Shown: positions 50,691 through 63,664 of the stretch, piece by piece
Numbering within the stretch: position 1 is the stretch's first letter
How the letters are laid out: every line of letters begins with the position of its first letter
Assembly (NCBI GenBank): GCA_977017645.1
Contig: OZ360234.1
Location: forward strand, 55,366,001-55,430,000
DNA: 64,000 nucleotides
Source of the DNA: Torpedo marmorata
Taxonomy: Eukaryota
Direction: 5' to 3'
Made by a program: the position numbers and the translations under genes
Notes under the pieces: generated by a model
What the model was told of the DNA's origin: nothing
What the model saw: the letters and a program-made list of their open reading frames with translations, nothing else
The model's database searches: none

Positions 50691-52572
50691 GTTTTTCATT
50701 TTGCTTATCTATTAACTTACAAGGAACAACTTGAATTACCGGTATATATTGCAAATTATTTTGTTTGCACTGAAAACACAGAAAATCGTATTGCACTTTC
50801 ATGATATCTCAGTTCAATGTGACCCTGCAACTTTGAAGCTACTAATAGCCTAATTAAACCTACTTATTCATAATGCAAAACGATGGCAGATTGAGTACAT
50901 GTATTATACACATTCTTGTCAGATGCTGGAAACTCTGATTTTAAACTATTTCTGATTGGAGGTAAAGAGGAGCAAAACTACTTGGACAGTGGAGAACTAT
51001 ATTCCCATAGCAACAAGAAAAGCACATTATGAACACCATGGATAAATGTATTGCTTTTGAATTAATTTTGGATTGACATTTTTAGTGTTTGTCTTTTATA
51101 TGGTTCCTTATGTTAACATTAATATTTTCCCTATGTTTGCCCAATCTGACCTCATAATTCTTATTCTGTCACATTTATTTCATGCTTCTTCCCACATACT
51201 TTCTTTTGGAGAAGAGAGCCATAGTATTGCCTCTTCTAATGGATATAACCCTTTGATCCCTTTAAATCCATTTTCACCTCTTAGTGCCTCTGCAGTATTT
51301 TTTTAAGATGGAGAGCGTCTATCTACCTGTGCATAGTATTTCAAATTCAGACAAGGCGAGTTGCAAGTTTAACAAAGCTTGTCACCTCTTGTTAATTTGA
51401 TTCTATCACTTACCTTCACACTAGTGACAATATTCAGTGGCCAAATGGGAGTACCCATATGATTGCAAGAAGGACCTCTGAACTCCATTCAGGCAGCATT
51501 GTAGGTGAGGATTGAACATTTGTCGTTGAAGTTGTGAGGCAGTAGTTCTACCAGTTATGCCACTTAAGCAACCCAAAATTAAATTATATTTGCCTTTGTC
51601 TTTTTTCCATAGATCCCTGTAGTAGCACAGTGGCTTTGTGATGCCAATAACTGATCTGCCTTTGCTTCTGATATTCTCTTCTAAAAGTGGCTACTTAAAG
51701 TGTTCGGTGGAAATTGGTATGATCGAGATATATTGTCAAAGATAATTCCTAAGTTCTGAAGCTGATGGGCTGGAGAGAAGCAATTAGAAATGTGCTGACT
51801 AGATTCCTGTCTATAATGAGGCTTTACTTTCATGTTCACTTTGACCATATTCAAATTCTATTGTCTGTTTTTTATGGTCCACTTTAAACAATGATGAACA
51901 ATTGAGCAACTGGTGTTAGTTAATGTGCCACTAGTTTCTGTCAAAATTGAATAATACAGCAAATGAAAGCACAGGTAACTAATAGAATGAGTGAGAAATA
52001 CAGGTGCAGTGTGTTCCTTAGTTTGACTTGAAAGCTGGATAATTTAAGTTTGTTTACTTTTAAAATTGATCAAGAAAATGTGCAGCCATAACATTTCAGG
52101 ACCCCAAGTAAAGCAGTGCATACACAATTGGGTTGAAATGTGGAAAATGGTCATTTGCATAGGGTTAACGGACTGATGACAGAAAAAATTAAACTCCATT
52201 GTAAATAGCTATCTTTACAGGGTGAAATTGACAATGCCCAGTGAATAAAACCTCTCTTTGCTGTCTTGTGGTTTTTATGTCTCTTATTCTAAAGTGAATG
52301 AGGATAAAGTTTACACAGTTGTGGATATTTAAACAGCTGTGATAATGTATAATGGAGCGTGGTCTTTTAAATTTGGCCACTTTTCGTAGCCTCTGAGAAC
52401 TGATTTATGAAAATTGTATCATTTTGAGAAAATATGGTGGAATTGTTAGATCCTTTTTTTATTTTGTGCAGTAATAACTGAAATTGTTGTCAGTCCTGTT
52501 GAAAAAAGTTTCATTTCAGTTATGCAGTCTTCATCTATCCTGAATGTAGTTGCTTTCTTTACATTGCAAATA

Positions 52573-53255
52573 TCTAATATATATTTGTGCATGTATGTCT
52601 GTTTGTCTGTTCTCCATGCAAATCAATATGAAGCACTCTAGAAATGTCCAAGGAGGTTCAGTAGGGATAACATTTGATGCTGAATGTCATGACCACATTG
52701 AATTTAACCTTTAAGGTCATATGAAGTTCAAAGGTGTTTTTTGACCAGCTTCCACGGACTTGCATTACTGTTTCTTATACAAGTATTTACTATGCACTGA
52801 CTTGCATTACTGTTTACTATAATTGTGGTGACATTTGATGCTGAATGTCATGACCACATTGAATTTAACCTTTAAGGTCATATAAAGTCCAAAAGTTCAA
52901 CAAAATAAAATTTGAACTTGCATCAGGGACACCTCAATTAGTTACAGTGCTGTGCATCAATGTACATTCAGAATAAAAACAAGTGGCCAAACCCAGTTCA
53001 ATATGGGCCCAAAAAAGCGAAGCAACATTGGCAGAAGCTCTTCACAAGCCCGTAGAGTTAGACAAAGGAGAAAGCAAGACACAGCAAAGTCAACTTTGTT
53101 TGAACCGTGTATCTCTGTTACAAAGTATATAAAAGTTGTGTTTGAAAAAATATATTTATGCAGAATTACCATGAAGTTTTTTGGGTATTTTGTTTCAACC
53201 ATGTAGTCAACAACTGAGTGTTTTATTTCCCGGGCAACGCCGGGTATCCTGCTAG
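52573..53255 (+). mobile_element. Non-autonomous Helitron
   Basis: 5' TC, 3' hairpin CCCGG-GCAACG-CCGGG then CTAG; inserted between A and T, no TSD. Confidence 0.78.
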
Positions 53256-53784
53256 TGTTAAAATAAAATTAACCAAGTCAGCAGGATATTGCTGTAACGA
53301 TCAGTAAATTAAACTGAAATGTTGAGCTCTGAGTGCATTTCTATGACAGCATTTTTGGCTTTTGATGGGAGGGAGCTAGCCATTTTCATCAAAGGGTAGT
53401 GGCTAACAATAGTTTAACCAATATACTACATTGTCCACAAATATCCTTTCTCTGTAAAACACTCAATGTTGCAAAGTGAGAGCCATTCATAAGGTGATGA
53501 AATTCTCAACAGCCTGTGGTTCAGATAAGTACTTTAGTTTTTGTTAATGTTTAGAACTAAGATCATATTTGGAATCAAAGCATGCATAAGCTTTTGTAAA
53601 TTAGGCAATAATTCATTTGGGAACTTGTATCAGTCTTGCAATAATATGGTGAGTTGGACGACTTGGCTGTTTCATGCAGTTATGAATACTGTCAATAATG
53701 TGATTGGAAATGTGTTGCATTACCTAATTGTAATACCATGACATTTGTGTGCTCTATTCATTGCTTTCACTATATAAAATTTAG

Positions 53785-53951
53785 TAAAAAGAAGAAAAAG
53801 CGCGGGAAGAAAAATGAAAGCAGCTCCAAGGAAAGTGGCAGTGACAATGATGTAGAAGTAATCAAGGTGTGGAATTCAAGATCACGTGGTGGAGGAGAAG
53901 GAAGTACGGAGGACAAACCTGCAGAATCTATTGCTACAAAAACAGATGATG
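53785..53951 (+). CDS. ATRX: ATRX exon (KKKKKRGKK..SDNDVEVIKVWNSRSRGGGEG..)
   Basis: atttag acceptor, G|gtgaga donor, 167 nt, phase-compatible. Confidence 0.93.
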
Positions 53952-54268
53952 GTGAGAATTTAATTTGTTATTTATGATCTTTGTTTTATGCTTGTTGGTG
54001 TAATGCATTAAACACTAATTTACTGTATTTAGTTAAATAGAATTAATTTAATGTGATATGCCTTTAGAATTGCCACAGAGCTAACAATGGTGTGATCATT
54101 CTCTATGCAAATTTGGAACTAACAGGAGTTAGAACATTCTCCTTGGTTACAAAATAATCCTGCTTCATAGTCAATGGCATTATGTGCTATATAATCCACT
54201 TTGCATTCTGTATGTGGTCCATCGTACTGTAAATGTATTCCGAGTCATGTCAATTTTGGTGCTTGCAG

Positions 54269-54422
54269 CGAAGCCTTCCACTGGTTCCAATCCAGGTAGT
54301 CCTGCCGCTGACTGGTACAAAGAATTCATTACAGATGCTGATGCAGAAATAGTTCACCATTCTGGAAAAATGGCCATCTTGTTTGAGATTCTATACATGT
54401 CAGAGGCAATTGGAGAAAAAGT
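54269..54422 (+). CDS. ATRX: ATRX exon (..SPAADWYKEFITDADAE..HSGKMAILFEIL..IGEKV)
   Basis: gcttgcag acceptor, GT|gtaagt donor, 154 nt. Confidence 0.95.
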
Positions 54423-55240
54423 GTAAGTTGTCATTGCTTAATTATAAACATGGTGTTTTATTAGGTTTGAGTATGTTCCTTCTGATTATGGTATGAAGTA
54501 ATCTTTGTTTTAATTTCACTGTCTTTCCCCAATTCAAATTGTCAATTTTGCACAACTTCCAAAACTCGGGGCCAAAGTCTAATGTCATGTGATGTACATG
54601 ACAATGAAAAATAAAATGCTAATTAACTGGAATAATCACTGCACCCTGATCAGTAGAGTACTGTGGAATTTTGAAAAGTATCTAGTGAGCTTAATGTTAT
54701 CTAGCATGTATGGGTGGGGAAAATAAAGCTCCATTCTCTTTCAAACAGTTCATTGTTTCTACTTGCATTTGTAACTTTATTCATAGAATCCACATTGGAC
54801 AAGCATTTGTGTTTGAGTGTTCTGCTTCACTCCCTGTGGATTTGTTGAGTGCTTGCATGTAGGTTGAGTTCTTTCTAAGGCTGTAGCTGTTGGCTGTCCT
54901 CAATGTTGCCCTGGCATTTTGAGATTTGAAATTGGACATGTAACTTTTTAAAATAAAAAAAAGCACGACAAATTACCGTAGTTAACTATGGCAATAAATT
55001 GTTAATTAATCATGGTCTTCTCCCTAGTTTTACATTGCAGTATTGGGTAGTTTTGTTTTTACAGTGAACTATAATGTTAAACAGCAAACTTTTGTCAAAA
55101 ATAATACCAATTATTCTGCAACTTCTTCCCGCCCTCCGACCAATTCATTCTCCTGCAAATCAAATATTTTAACTACTGCAAAAGAGAATGGAAATTAATT
55201 AGTGTAATTGACTAAAGTTGATATTTTTGTTTAATTTTAG

Positions 55241-55341
55241 ACTCGTTTTCAGTCAGTCACTAATATCATTGGATTTAATAGAAGATTTTCTGGAGCTGGC
55301 AAATAGAGAAAAGTCAGATGGAAAATCTGATATTTATAAAG
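55241..55341 (+). CDS. ATRX: ATRX exon, motif IV (LVFSQSLISLDLIEDFLELA..IYK)
   Basis: aattttag acceptor, G|gtaatc donor, 101 nt; the next exon (YYRLDGS motif) was not found in the window. Confidence 0.95.
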
Positions 55342-55682
55342 GTAATCTTAAATTTACTTTATAAACTACAGTTCAGATGCTATACATATAATCCTCTAAG
55401 CTAACTTGTGTTTTGATCTCTATTACCAAAGTTATCAGCCAGTTTTGAATATTAGCAAAGAGTGATTTATTTTAAATTGCAGTTTAATGAAATTAGTGCT
55501 TGCATGAAACTAATTTTGAAGGAGCACTTTCTTATACTCCGTTAGGATTCATTGCATTGAAATTAACCTCTTCATATTGATGCTCAAGTGTTCTATTGAG
55601 CATGGCACTTTAATTTGTGTACACCTCTCGTTGTTTAGTCTACATGTTTAAATACTTTTTAACTGTTGAGAGTTTTTATTAA

Positions 55683-56084
55683 GAAGTAAATCACAAAAAT
55701 CTGTAGACACCGTGGTTGAAGTAAAAAACACAAATGCTGGAGAAACTCAGCAGGTCAAACAGTGTCTTTTATGTAGCAAAGGTAGAAATACATAACCGAC
55801 GTTTCGGGCTTGAGCCCTTCGTCAAAGTATGAGAAAATGCCAGCAGGCGTCCGAACAAAAGAGTGGGGGGGGGGAGGGGGGATGGCAAAGGCAGGAGATG
55901 ATAGGTGGAGAAAGGAGGGAGGGGACAGCAGCAAAGAGGGGGAGGAGGGATGGCTGAGTGGGTGGAAAAAACTGGAAGGACAGGTAAGGGGGGAGGGGAA
56001 GGAAACGGCAAGCAGGTTTAGTGGAAAGCAGAAAAGTCGATGTTAATGCCATCTGGCTGGAGAGTGCCCAGGCGGAAAATAAGA
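55683..56084 (-). mobile_element. Young Penelope 3' fragment with pseudo-LTR
   Basis: 19-bp direct repeat TGTTGAGAGTTTTTATTAA (55664-55682, 56085-56103); GIY-YIG tail remnant. Confidence 0.88.
55791..55831 (-). ncRNA. Minimal type I hammerhead ribozyme-like motif (Penelope-associated)
   Basis: Minus strand reads CAUACU-UUGACGA-A-GGGC UCAA GCCC-GAAAC-GUC-GGUUAUG. Confidence 0.62.
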
Positions 56085-56869
56085 TGTTGAGAGTTTTTAT
56101 TAACTTGGAGGATGAAATGTCAAATCCAGAACATATATATCTTCAAATGATATGGACTGAAAAAGTACAATATCACTGTTAACATCTAAAGCAATTTCTA
56201 GTGTACTAGTGAAACCTGATTGTTAATAGCTTCTGTGCATCCAATGTTCCTTTAAGTACTTTTTTTTTCTCTCTCTCTTTCCCCCCCCTCCTCCCCCCCA
56301 ATCTCATCTTGCCTTGGATAGCAAATGTATAACCTACAATGGAAGTTCAAAGTTGTTGATATTCACTATGTCCTTCACAACTAAATGTGGTCATGGAGAT
56401 TTGTATCCATACTGAAATTGCCATTCTCCAAGACAAAGCAGGATAAATAACTGCGGTCAGACCCACATATTGATTGTGAATGCAATATTACAGTCCTGGC
56501 CATTTAATTCTCTGAACAACTTCTACAACAATCTTGACATTCCTCCTTAACATACAATGTTGGAAATCTCATTCTTGTGGATAAAACCTAACTTTGGTTT
56601 AGAGCATTGAACCCAGTCTCCAAAGGGGAGTTTTATGGTGCACCAAGGAGGGATGTTTTTGATATTTCATGAAATTAGCCAATTTTTCGCTTTCCTGACA
56701 TTTTTGAAGAAAATTTAGAATTGAAAACAGTCTGTTGATCTGTTCTCATCTTTTTCATATCTGTGCTTATCCTTCACTTTAGAAAGTTCCAGCATAATCC
56801 AGTAGTTCATAAAATCCAAGTCTGACATTCCCAAAGTTTAGAGTGTTCAGGACAAACAGAATTTTACTG

Positions 56870-58810
56870 TGCTGACAAGATTCCACATGGTAAACTGATT
56901 GAAAAGTGAAAGTCCAAAAATGAGAGGCATTGACTCAGTGGCAGGAAGGAAAATGTAAAGGTTTATTTAGTGACTGGAAGACAATTTGTTGTATTCCAAA
57001 AAGCTCAAAGCTTTTAGCCACTCACACGGTTTTTGTGTGTCTGTGGCAGATCAATGGTTCTCAACATTTTTCCGCTCACAGATCACCTTAAGTATTCCTT
57101 TAGTTGCCATGGACCACCTATAACAAATCCACAGACCATCAGTTGGAAGTGGATGGGATGGGGGTGCGGCTGGCGAGCTCGAACCCTTTCCAGACCACCA
57201 GCAGGATTTTTTGTTTTAGTGGGAAAATTTTTAGATTTTTTTTGTCAAATTTACAATCTTGTCTATCACATCATAAATATTTGTCTTTTTCACTGTCACA
57301 GACCCTCTATTTAAAAGAAACCATGGACCACCAATAGTCTGCGGACCATAGGTTGACAAATACTTAGAGACAAATGTTGACGCACGAGTAAAAAAAAAAA
57401 AAATGCAGATCATGTAAAATTTGGCATTACGGTTAATGTTAATGGAATGCTGTATAATACAGCAAGGTATTGATGAGCGGAAAAATAATAAGTGGAGCAT
57501 AATCCTGAGAAGTGTTGAAAAATGCTTTTGGGGCAGTGTGGCAAGCAAAGGGAAGTGAATACCCAAATAGGGTGCTTAAAAGTATAGAGGGACTTTGGAG
57601 GACATCTTTACATATCCATGAAGTTGCTATGATAGATAAGTTGGTGTGCAAGGTATTTTCCTTTATTCGGTTGAGGCAGGGCGGGGGGCTTCATAGTAGA
57701 ACTTGGCTACACCTAGGCAATTTATATGCAGCACTGATAATGTTACAGAGAAGATATGCTAGCACCACAGAGCTTATGAAGATTTATTTGAATGTTGCTG
57801 GACCTGGAGAACTTTCGTTGACAAAAGATATTTTAAACAGTGAATGTTTCTTTTCAGAGACATGGGATAGTGATTGGAGTGAGGTGAATTTTTATTGATG
57901 TTTATAAAATTGAGAGGCCTAAATGAGATGAAAGCAGATTTACCTTCCTTACCAAAGTGGTCAATAACCAATGGTCTTAAATGCAAGATGGGGAAACTTG
58001 TTTGTACCCAAAGGGGACTGGGGAGGCCTGAAAGCTGCTGCTTGTTGCTGCAATGATGGTTAAGGCAAAAAACACTGATCACCATTTTTGAAGACAAAAG
58101 TACCTTGTTGAGCTTTTTTTGCTGAATTCTATAATACTATAGATAGAGAGCTGAGAAGTACAGTTAGAGTGAATGGCTTCCTTTGTTTACCTTGGATTTG
58201 GACTTTAAAGTAAGAGGATTTCAGTAGAGGAGCAAGTATGACTTGCTGCAGTTATACAAGGCTTTGAGACTACACCTGGAGCATTGTGCTACTTGTGGTC
58301 TCTATCCAATTATATACTTGCCATAGAGGAAGTGCAGCAAAGGTTCACCAGACTGATTTCTGGGATGGCAGAACTGCAGTACAAGGGGAGATTAAGTCGA
58401 CTAGATTTGTATTTACTAGAGCTTAGCAGAATGAGAGGGGATTTAATTAAATCTTAAAAATTTTGTCAGAGCCAGACAGACTGGATGTGGGAAGGATGTT
58501 TCCCCTGGCTGGGCTGTCTAGAATGAGGAGTCAAGTCTCGAGTTACAGAGCAAAACGATTCAGGACGAAAATGAGGGGGGAAAATTCCTTCACTCAAAAT
58601 GGTGAACCTGTGGTATTTGCTACCACAGAGCTGTAGGTGCACTGTGCTGAATACTTTTTAGTTGGAAGCAATCCAGATGTGAAATGCATCAAGGAATATG
58701 TGAAGAGACTGGAAACACAATATTGAGGTAGATGAGCAGTCATGATCAAGTTAAATGGAGGGCAGGCTCAAAAAGCCAAATGGCCTGCTCCTGTTTTGTG
58801 TTTCTATATA
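56870..58810 (+). mobile_element. Composite of degraded CR1 fragments containing a degenerate hAT MITE (~57052-57365)
   Basis: CR1 ORF-end and tail remnants; CAATGGTTCTCAAC terminus. Confidence 0.55.
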
Positions 58811-60019
58811 ATGTGGATGTGATGGACTGAGGGACCTCATGCTATAAATTTCTGTCTGTTCACCCTCAAAGAATTTGGGAGGTTTACATTGGGGTTTAAG
58901 CTTATTTATTTAATGTATTTGTTACTTCACCAATGCATTTTGCCATCCGCTGTATTTTGTTATGCATCTGGAATTGGGTTGTGTTGCATTTTATTTACAT
59001 CGTGATTAGACATTAGAAGCTTGATTCCTGGAAGTAATACTTTGGGGATGCAATTTGTCTGTAATTGTTCCTTAGTAATTAATACCACGCATGTGTAGAT
59101 AACATAACAGGGTTAATATTATAACGTACGAGGTTAAATGTATCTTTTAAACTTGGTTGTTTTACAGAGGTAAAGTTAAGAGTACAATTTGCTAAATTTG
59201 AAAAATTAGGCTGCATTTTCTGATTTTAAATTATCAGTTGAACATTTAAAACTACACTGATTAGAAACTACAATTTGAAAAACCTTATTAGAAACATGGT
59301 TTTAATGGAAATTGGTGAGCTGTAAAACAATTGTTAGACTAGAATGATATTTCCATCGCTGCACAAATATTAAAGGACTATTGCAAATAGAAATGGGTAA
59401 TGTTTCGTTATCATGGCCCAATGTGCGTGGATTGTTTTGTGCGGACCACATTTTCTTGTATTAGTAACAGCAGAGAAGTATAACCAACATGGTCAGTTCA
59501 GTACTTTATTGGTGCTTTGCTATAAATATTTGAAAATATTAATATTGAAAATTAGTTTATTTGAATATGATGCCCAACCATATTTTCAAAGTTTAAAACT
59601 CTGGCAGCTGAATTAGTGAGGAATCATCACTTCCTGATAATGTGGAAGTGATATAGCTCTGACTGTCAAGTCACAAGCCCATTGTAATTGATGGAGTGCA
59701 GTTGCACTAAAGACGCAGAGACTGTGGAGTTCAATCATGGAGTCTTTACTGGATTCAAAACACTGAACAATTCCCGGGGTGGAAGTGACGTCAGCGCCCT
59801 TTCCGGAAGTCCCGCCCCGAGCGCATCGTTCCGGATGCCCCGTTGTGTCCGATGGCAGTTCGAGACCCGCGAGTGCGCGTCGCTACACCACCCCCACCCT
59901 TCAAGAAATGACCATCGGGGACCTGGAGCCCCCATCCTGTGCACCTTGCTTGGGTGGCCAGCCTCGCCATCGCGGTACGGGCACGCTTACCGGTAGGTCG
60001 ATGTCCAAGTGTGCCGGTT

Positions 60020-62968
60020 TCAGCAGTCTATTGTAAAAGTCTCTTGCCGGTCACCCACCTCCACAATGCACGTGGTTCCATTCCTCTGGATCACCTTGAA
60101 CGGTCCCTCATACGGTCGCTGTAGAGGTGACCTGTGTGCGCCCCTGCGAATAAAGACATACTCACAGTCTTGCATGTCCTTGGGGGTGAAAGATGGTGTT
60201 GGACCGTGTTTGGAGGTCAGGACCGGTGCAAGGGTCCCTACCTTGTCCCGTAGTCTCGTCAGCACCACCGCAGCTGGAGTCTCTTCTGTAATTCTGGCCT
60301 CTGGAATGAATTTGCCTAGTACCATCAGGGGGGCGCCATAAACTAACTCAGTGGAGGAAGAACGCAAGTCCTCTTTAGGGGCGGTCCGAATGCCCAGCAG
60401 GACCCAGGGAAGCTCATCTGACCAGTTGGGGCCTTTCAGGCGAGCCATCAGTGCCGACTTGAGGTGGCGGTGGAAACGTTCTACCAGGCCAATGAACTGG
60501 GGGTGGTACGCCGAGGTGTGATGCAGTTGTGTGCCCAGGAGTTGTGCCAATGCCGTCCACAAAGTCGAAGTGAACTGCGCCCCTCTGTCCGAAGTGATAT
60601 CCGTGGGTAGACCGAACCTGGAGATCCAGTTGGCGATCAGTGCTCTGGCGCAAGCCTCCGTGGAAGCTTCTGTGAACGGGACTGCCTCTGGTGAACCAGT
60701 CCACCATGGTAAGCAGGTACCTGTAGCCCCGGGAGACTGGCAGTGGACCGACGATGTCCACATGGATGTATTGGAACCTCCTGTCTGGCAGCTGGAACTG
60801 CTGGAGCAGGGCCTTAACATGTCGCTGTACCTTGGAGGTTTGGCAGTGAACGCAGGTTCTGGCCCAGTGTCCCATTTGCTTGTTCAATCCGTGCCAGACA
60901 AATCTGTCCGCCACGAGTTTAATGGACGCTTGGATGGATGGATGGATGGGACAGGTTGTGCAGAGTATCGAACACCCGGTGTCTCCACGCTGCCGGAACC
61001 ACTGGTCTGGGCCTGTCTGTGGAAACGTCGCAAAGGAGCTGGTCTGCTGCTGAGCCAAAAGGGATGTCCTGTAGCTGGAGGCCTGAGATGGCGATGCGAT
61101 AGGCCGGCATTTCAGCGTCCGCCTGCTGTGCCGCTGCTAGTGCTGTGTAGTCAATGCCCGAGGACGAGGTGCCCACCGAGAAGAGTGTGGGGCGAGACAG
61201 TGCGTCGGCGACAACGTTGTTCTTCCCTGCAATGTGGCGGACATCGGAAGTGAACTCTGAGATGAACGACAGGTGCCTCTGTTGCCGGGCTGACCATGGG
61301 TTGGAGACTTTAGCCAGTGCGAAGGTGAGGGGCTTGTGGTCCATGTAGGCAGTGAACTCTCTCCCCTCCAGGAAGAACCGGAAGTGTCGGACGGCCAGGT
61401 AGAGTGCCAGAAGCTCTCTGTCAAAAGCACTGTATTTTACCTCTGGCGGTAGCAGGTGCCAGCTGAAAAAGGCGAGTGGTTGCCATTGACCCTTGACGAG
61501 CTGTTCGAGGACTCCCCCTATGGCCGTGTCGGATGTGTCGACCGTAAGCGCCGTGGGGGCTTCGGCCCTCGGGTGCGCTAAAAGGGTAGCATTTGCCAGC
61601 GCCTCCTTGGCCTGCTCAAAAGCTTTGTTTGACGCCGTGTCCCAAGTGACGTCTTTGGACTTGCCTGACATCAGGATGAACAAAGGCCTCATTGTGTGCT
61701 GCCACCGGAATGAAACTGATAGAAGTTGACCATACCCACGAATTCCTGCAGGCCTTTCACTGGTTGGCTTCGGGAACTGGCGAATGGCCTGGATCTTGTC
61801 TGGCAGAGGAAAAGCGCCGTCTTGGTTAACGCTATGGCCTAAGAAATCAATTTCCGTCCGCCCGAACTGGCACTTTGCTGGGTTAATTGCAAACCCGAAG
61901 TCGCTCAGGCGTCGGCAGAGTTGGCGCAGGTGTGCAGCGTGCTCCTGGCATGAGCTGCTTGCCACCAGAATGTCATCCGAGTAGATGAAAGCGAAATCTA
62001 GGTCACGTCCTACTGAGTCCATGACCCTTTGGAAAGTCTGTGCCGCATTTTCCAGGCCGAATGGCATCCTCAGGGACTCGAAAAAGCCGAACGGAGTGAT
62101 GAGGGCCGACTTTGGAATGTCGTAGGGGTGCACTGGGATCTGGTGGTATCCCCGGACTAGGTCGACCTTAGAGAAGATTGTGACTCTGTGCAGGTTCACT
62201 GTAAAATCCTGGATGTGGGGTATCGGGTACCTGCCGGCTGTCGTGGCGTCGTTCAACCTTCTATAGTCACCGCAGAGCCTCCATCCTCCTGCGGACTTGG
62301 GCACCATGTGCAGCGGGGATGCCCACAGGCTGTCCAAGCGGCGGACGATCCCCATTTCCTCCATCTTGCGGAACTCCTCTTTGGCCAGGTGTAGCTTGTC
62401 GGGTGGGAGACTGCGAGCTCGGGCGTGTAGAGGCGGAAATGTCGTAGGTATGTGGTGCTGCACGCCATGTTTAAGGCCGGTGGTGGAGAACTGCGGGGTA
62501 ACGATGGAGGGGAAATCTGCCAAAACCCTGGTGAATTCGTTTCCGTAGAGCTTCACGGAGTCCAAATGGAGGGCTGGAAGGTTGGCCTCGCCGAGCTGGA
62601 GCGTTTGGAACGTCTCCGCGTGGACCAACCTTTGGCCTTTCAGGTCGACCAGGAAACCTTTCGCCCGTAAAAAATCTGCTCCGAGTAATGGCTGTGAAAC
62701 CGCTGCCACCATAAAAGTACAAGTGAAATGAGCGGACCCAAAATCTAGCGGAATGGTCCATTTGCCAAAAGTGCGAATGGTTGTGCCATTCGCAGCAGTC
62801 AGCTCCGGGCCTGGAGTTGCGTTGCGTGTGTCCATTTTTGAGGACGCTGATTTCGGCTCCGGTATCTGCTAGGAAACGCTGCCCGGAGTGCCGGTCCCAA
62901 ATGTGCAGTAGGCAGTTTCGGTGGCCAGCCGTCGTGGCCATTAGCGACGGCTGGCCCCGGCGTTTCCC
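60020..62968 (-). pseudogene. pol: Gypsy pol (PR, RT, RNase H, IN), frameshifted
   Basis: LADTGA; RMPFGL..YSDD; VDTSD..DRELLA..DHKPL..ADALSR; HNLSHP..CVHC; HVDIVG, SDRGAQF, VERFHR. Confidence 0.92.
62923..62968 (-). promoter_or_regulatory. -1 programmed ribosomal frameshift signal (gag-pol)
   Basis: G GGA AAC in the gag frame, 5-nt spacer, perfect 12-bp stem with 10-nt loop; the -1 frame enters the protease. Confidence 0.85.
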
Positions 62969-63612
62969 GGAAACGCACATTGTGGACGGCAGCGGCGTGC
63001 GCCCTGGCCCCATCTTTGGTGGTAGAAACACCATAGGTCTGAACCATCATCATTGTCCCCCGTGGCCTTTGGCGGTGTCGGGGTTTTGGGAGGCGCGATT
63101 GCAGCAAGGCCCAGGGAGGTGGCTCTCCATTGCCTACTCTGCCAAAGAACATCTGCTTTGGCTGCGACCTTGCGAGGGTCGCTGAAATCCTCACTTGCGA
63201 GCAGGAGGCGAATGTCCTTGGGCATCTGGTGGAGGAACAGCTGTTCGAATAGAAAACATGGCTTATGGCCGTCCATGAGTGCCAGCATGTCGTTCATTAG
63301 CTCGGACGGTGTGTGATCGCCCAGGCCATCCATCTGGAGGAGCCGCACGGCCAGTTCGTGGCAGGAGAGGCCGAAAGTTTGGAGCAGGAGCGCCTTGATC
63401 TTAATGTACCTGTCCTCTGTAGGGGGTTGATGGAGGAAGTCATTGATCCAGCCTGCCGTCTCCTGGTCGAGCGCTCTGACCACGTAGTAGTACCTCGTGG
63501 CATCAGCTGTGATGTCCCTGATGTTGAACTAGGCCTCGGCCTGCTCAAACCATATGTGGGGCTGAGTGGACCAGAAAGTCGGGAGCTTCAGTGAGACTGC
63601 GCTGGAACTCAT
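62941..63612 (-). pseudogene. gag: Gypsy gag with a premature stop
   Basis: MSSSAVSLKLPTFW..WFEQAEA* then continues in frame to CFYHQRWG..RRCRPQC. Confidence 0.85.
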
Positions 63613-63651
63613 GGTCGATGCTGCTTCTTTAACTCCAGATGCCGTCTGGAG

Positions 63652-63664
63652 CGTCAGGTCACCA
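63652..63664 (-). promoter_or_regulatory. Primer binding site, probably tRNA-Trp
   Basis: TGGTGACCTGACG just inside the 5' LTR, near-complementary to the tRNA-Trp 3' end as recalled (TGGTGACCCCGACG). Confidence 0.7.

Noticed and set aside
59155-59200. ttttacag|AGGTAAAG as the next ATRX exon
   Set aside because: Translation does not give the expected GEGKW..YYRLDGS sequence
60531-63594. + strand ORFs up to 240 aa over the Gypsy element
   Set aside because: Antisense shadows of GC-rich pol/gag with no recognisable domains
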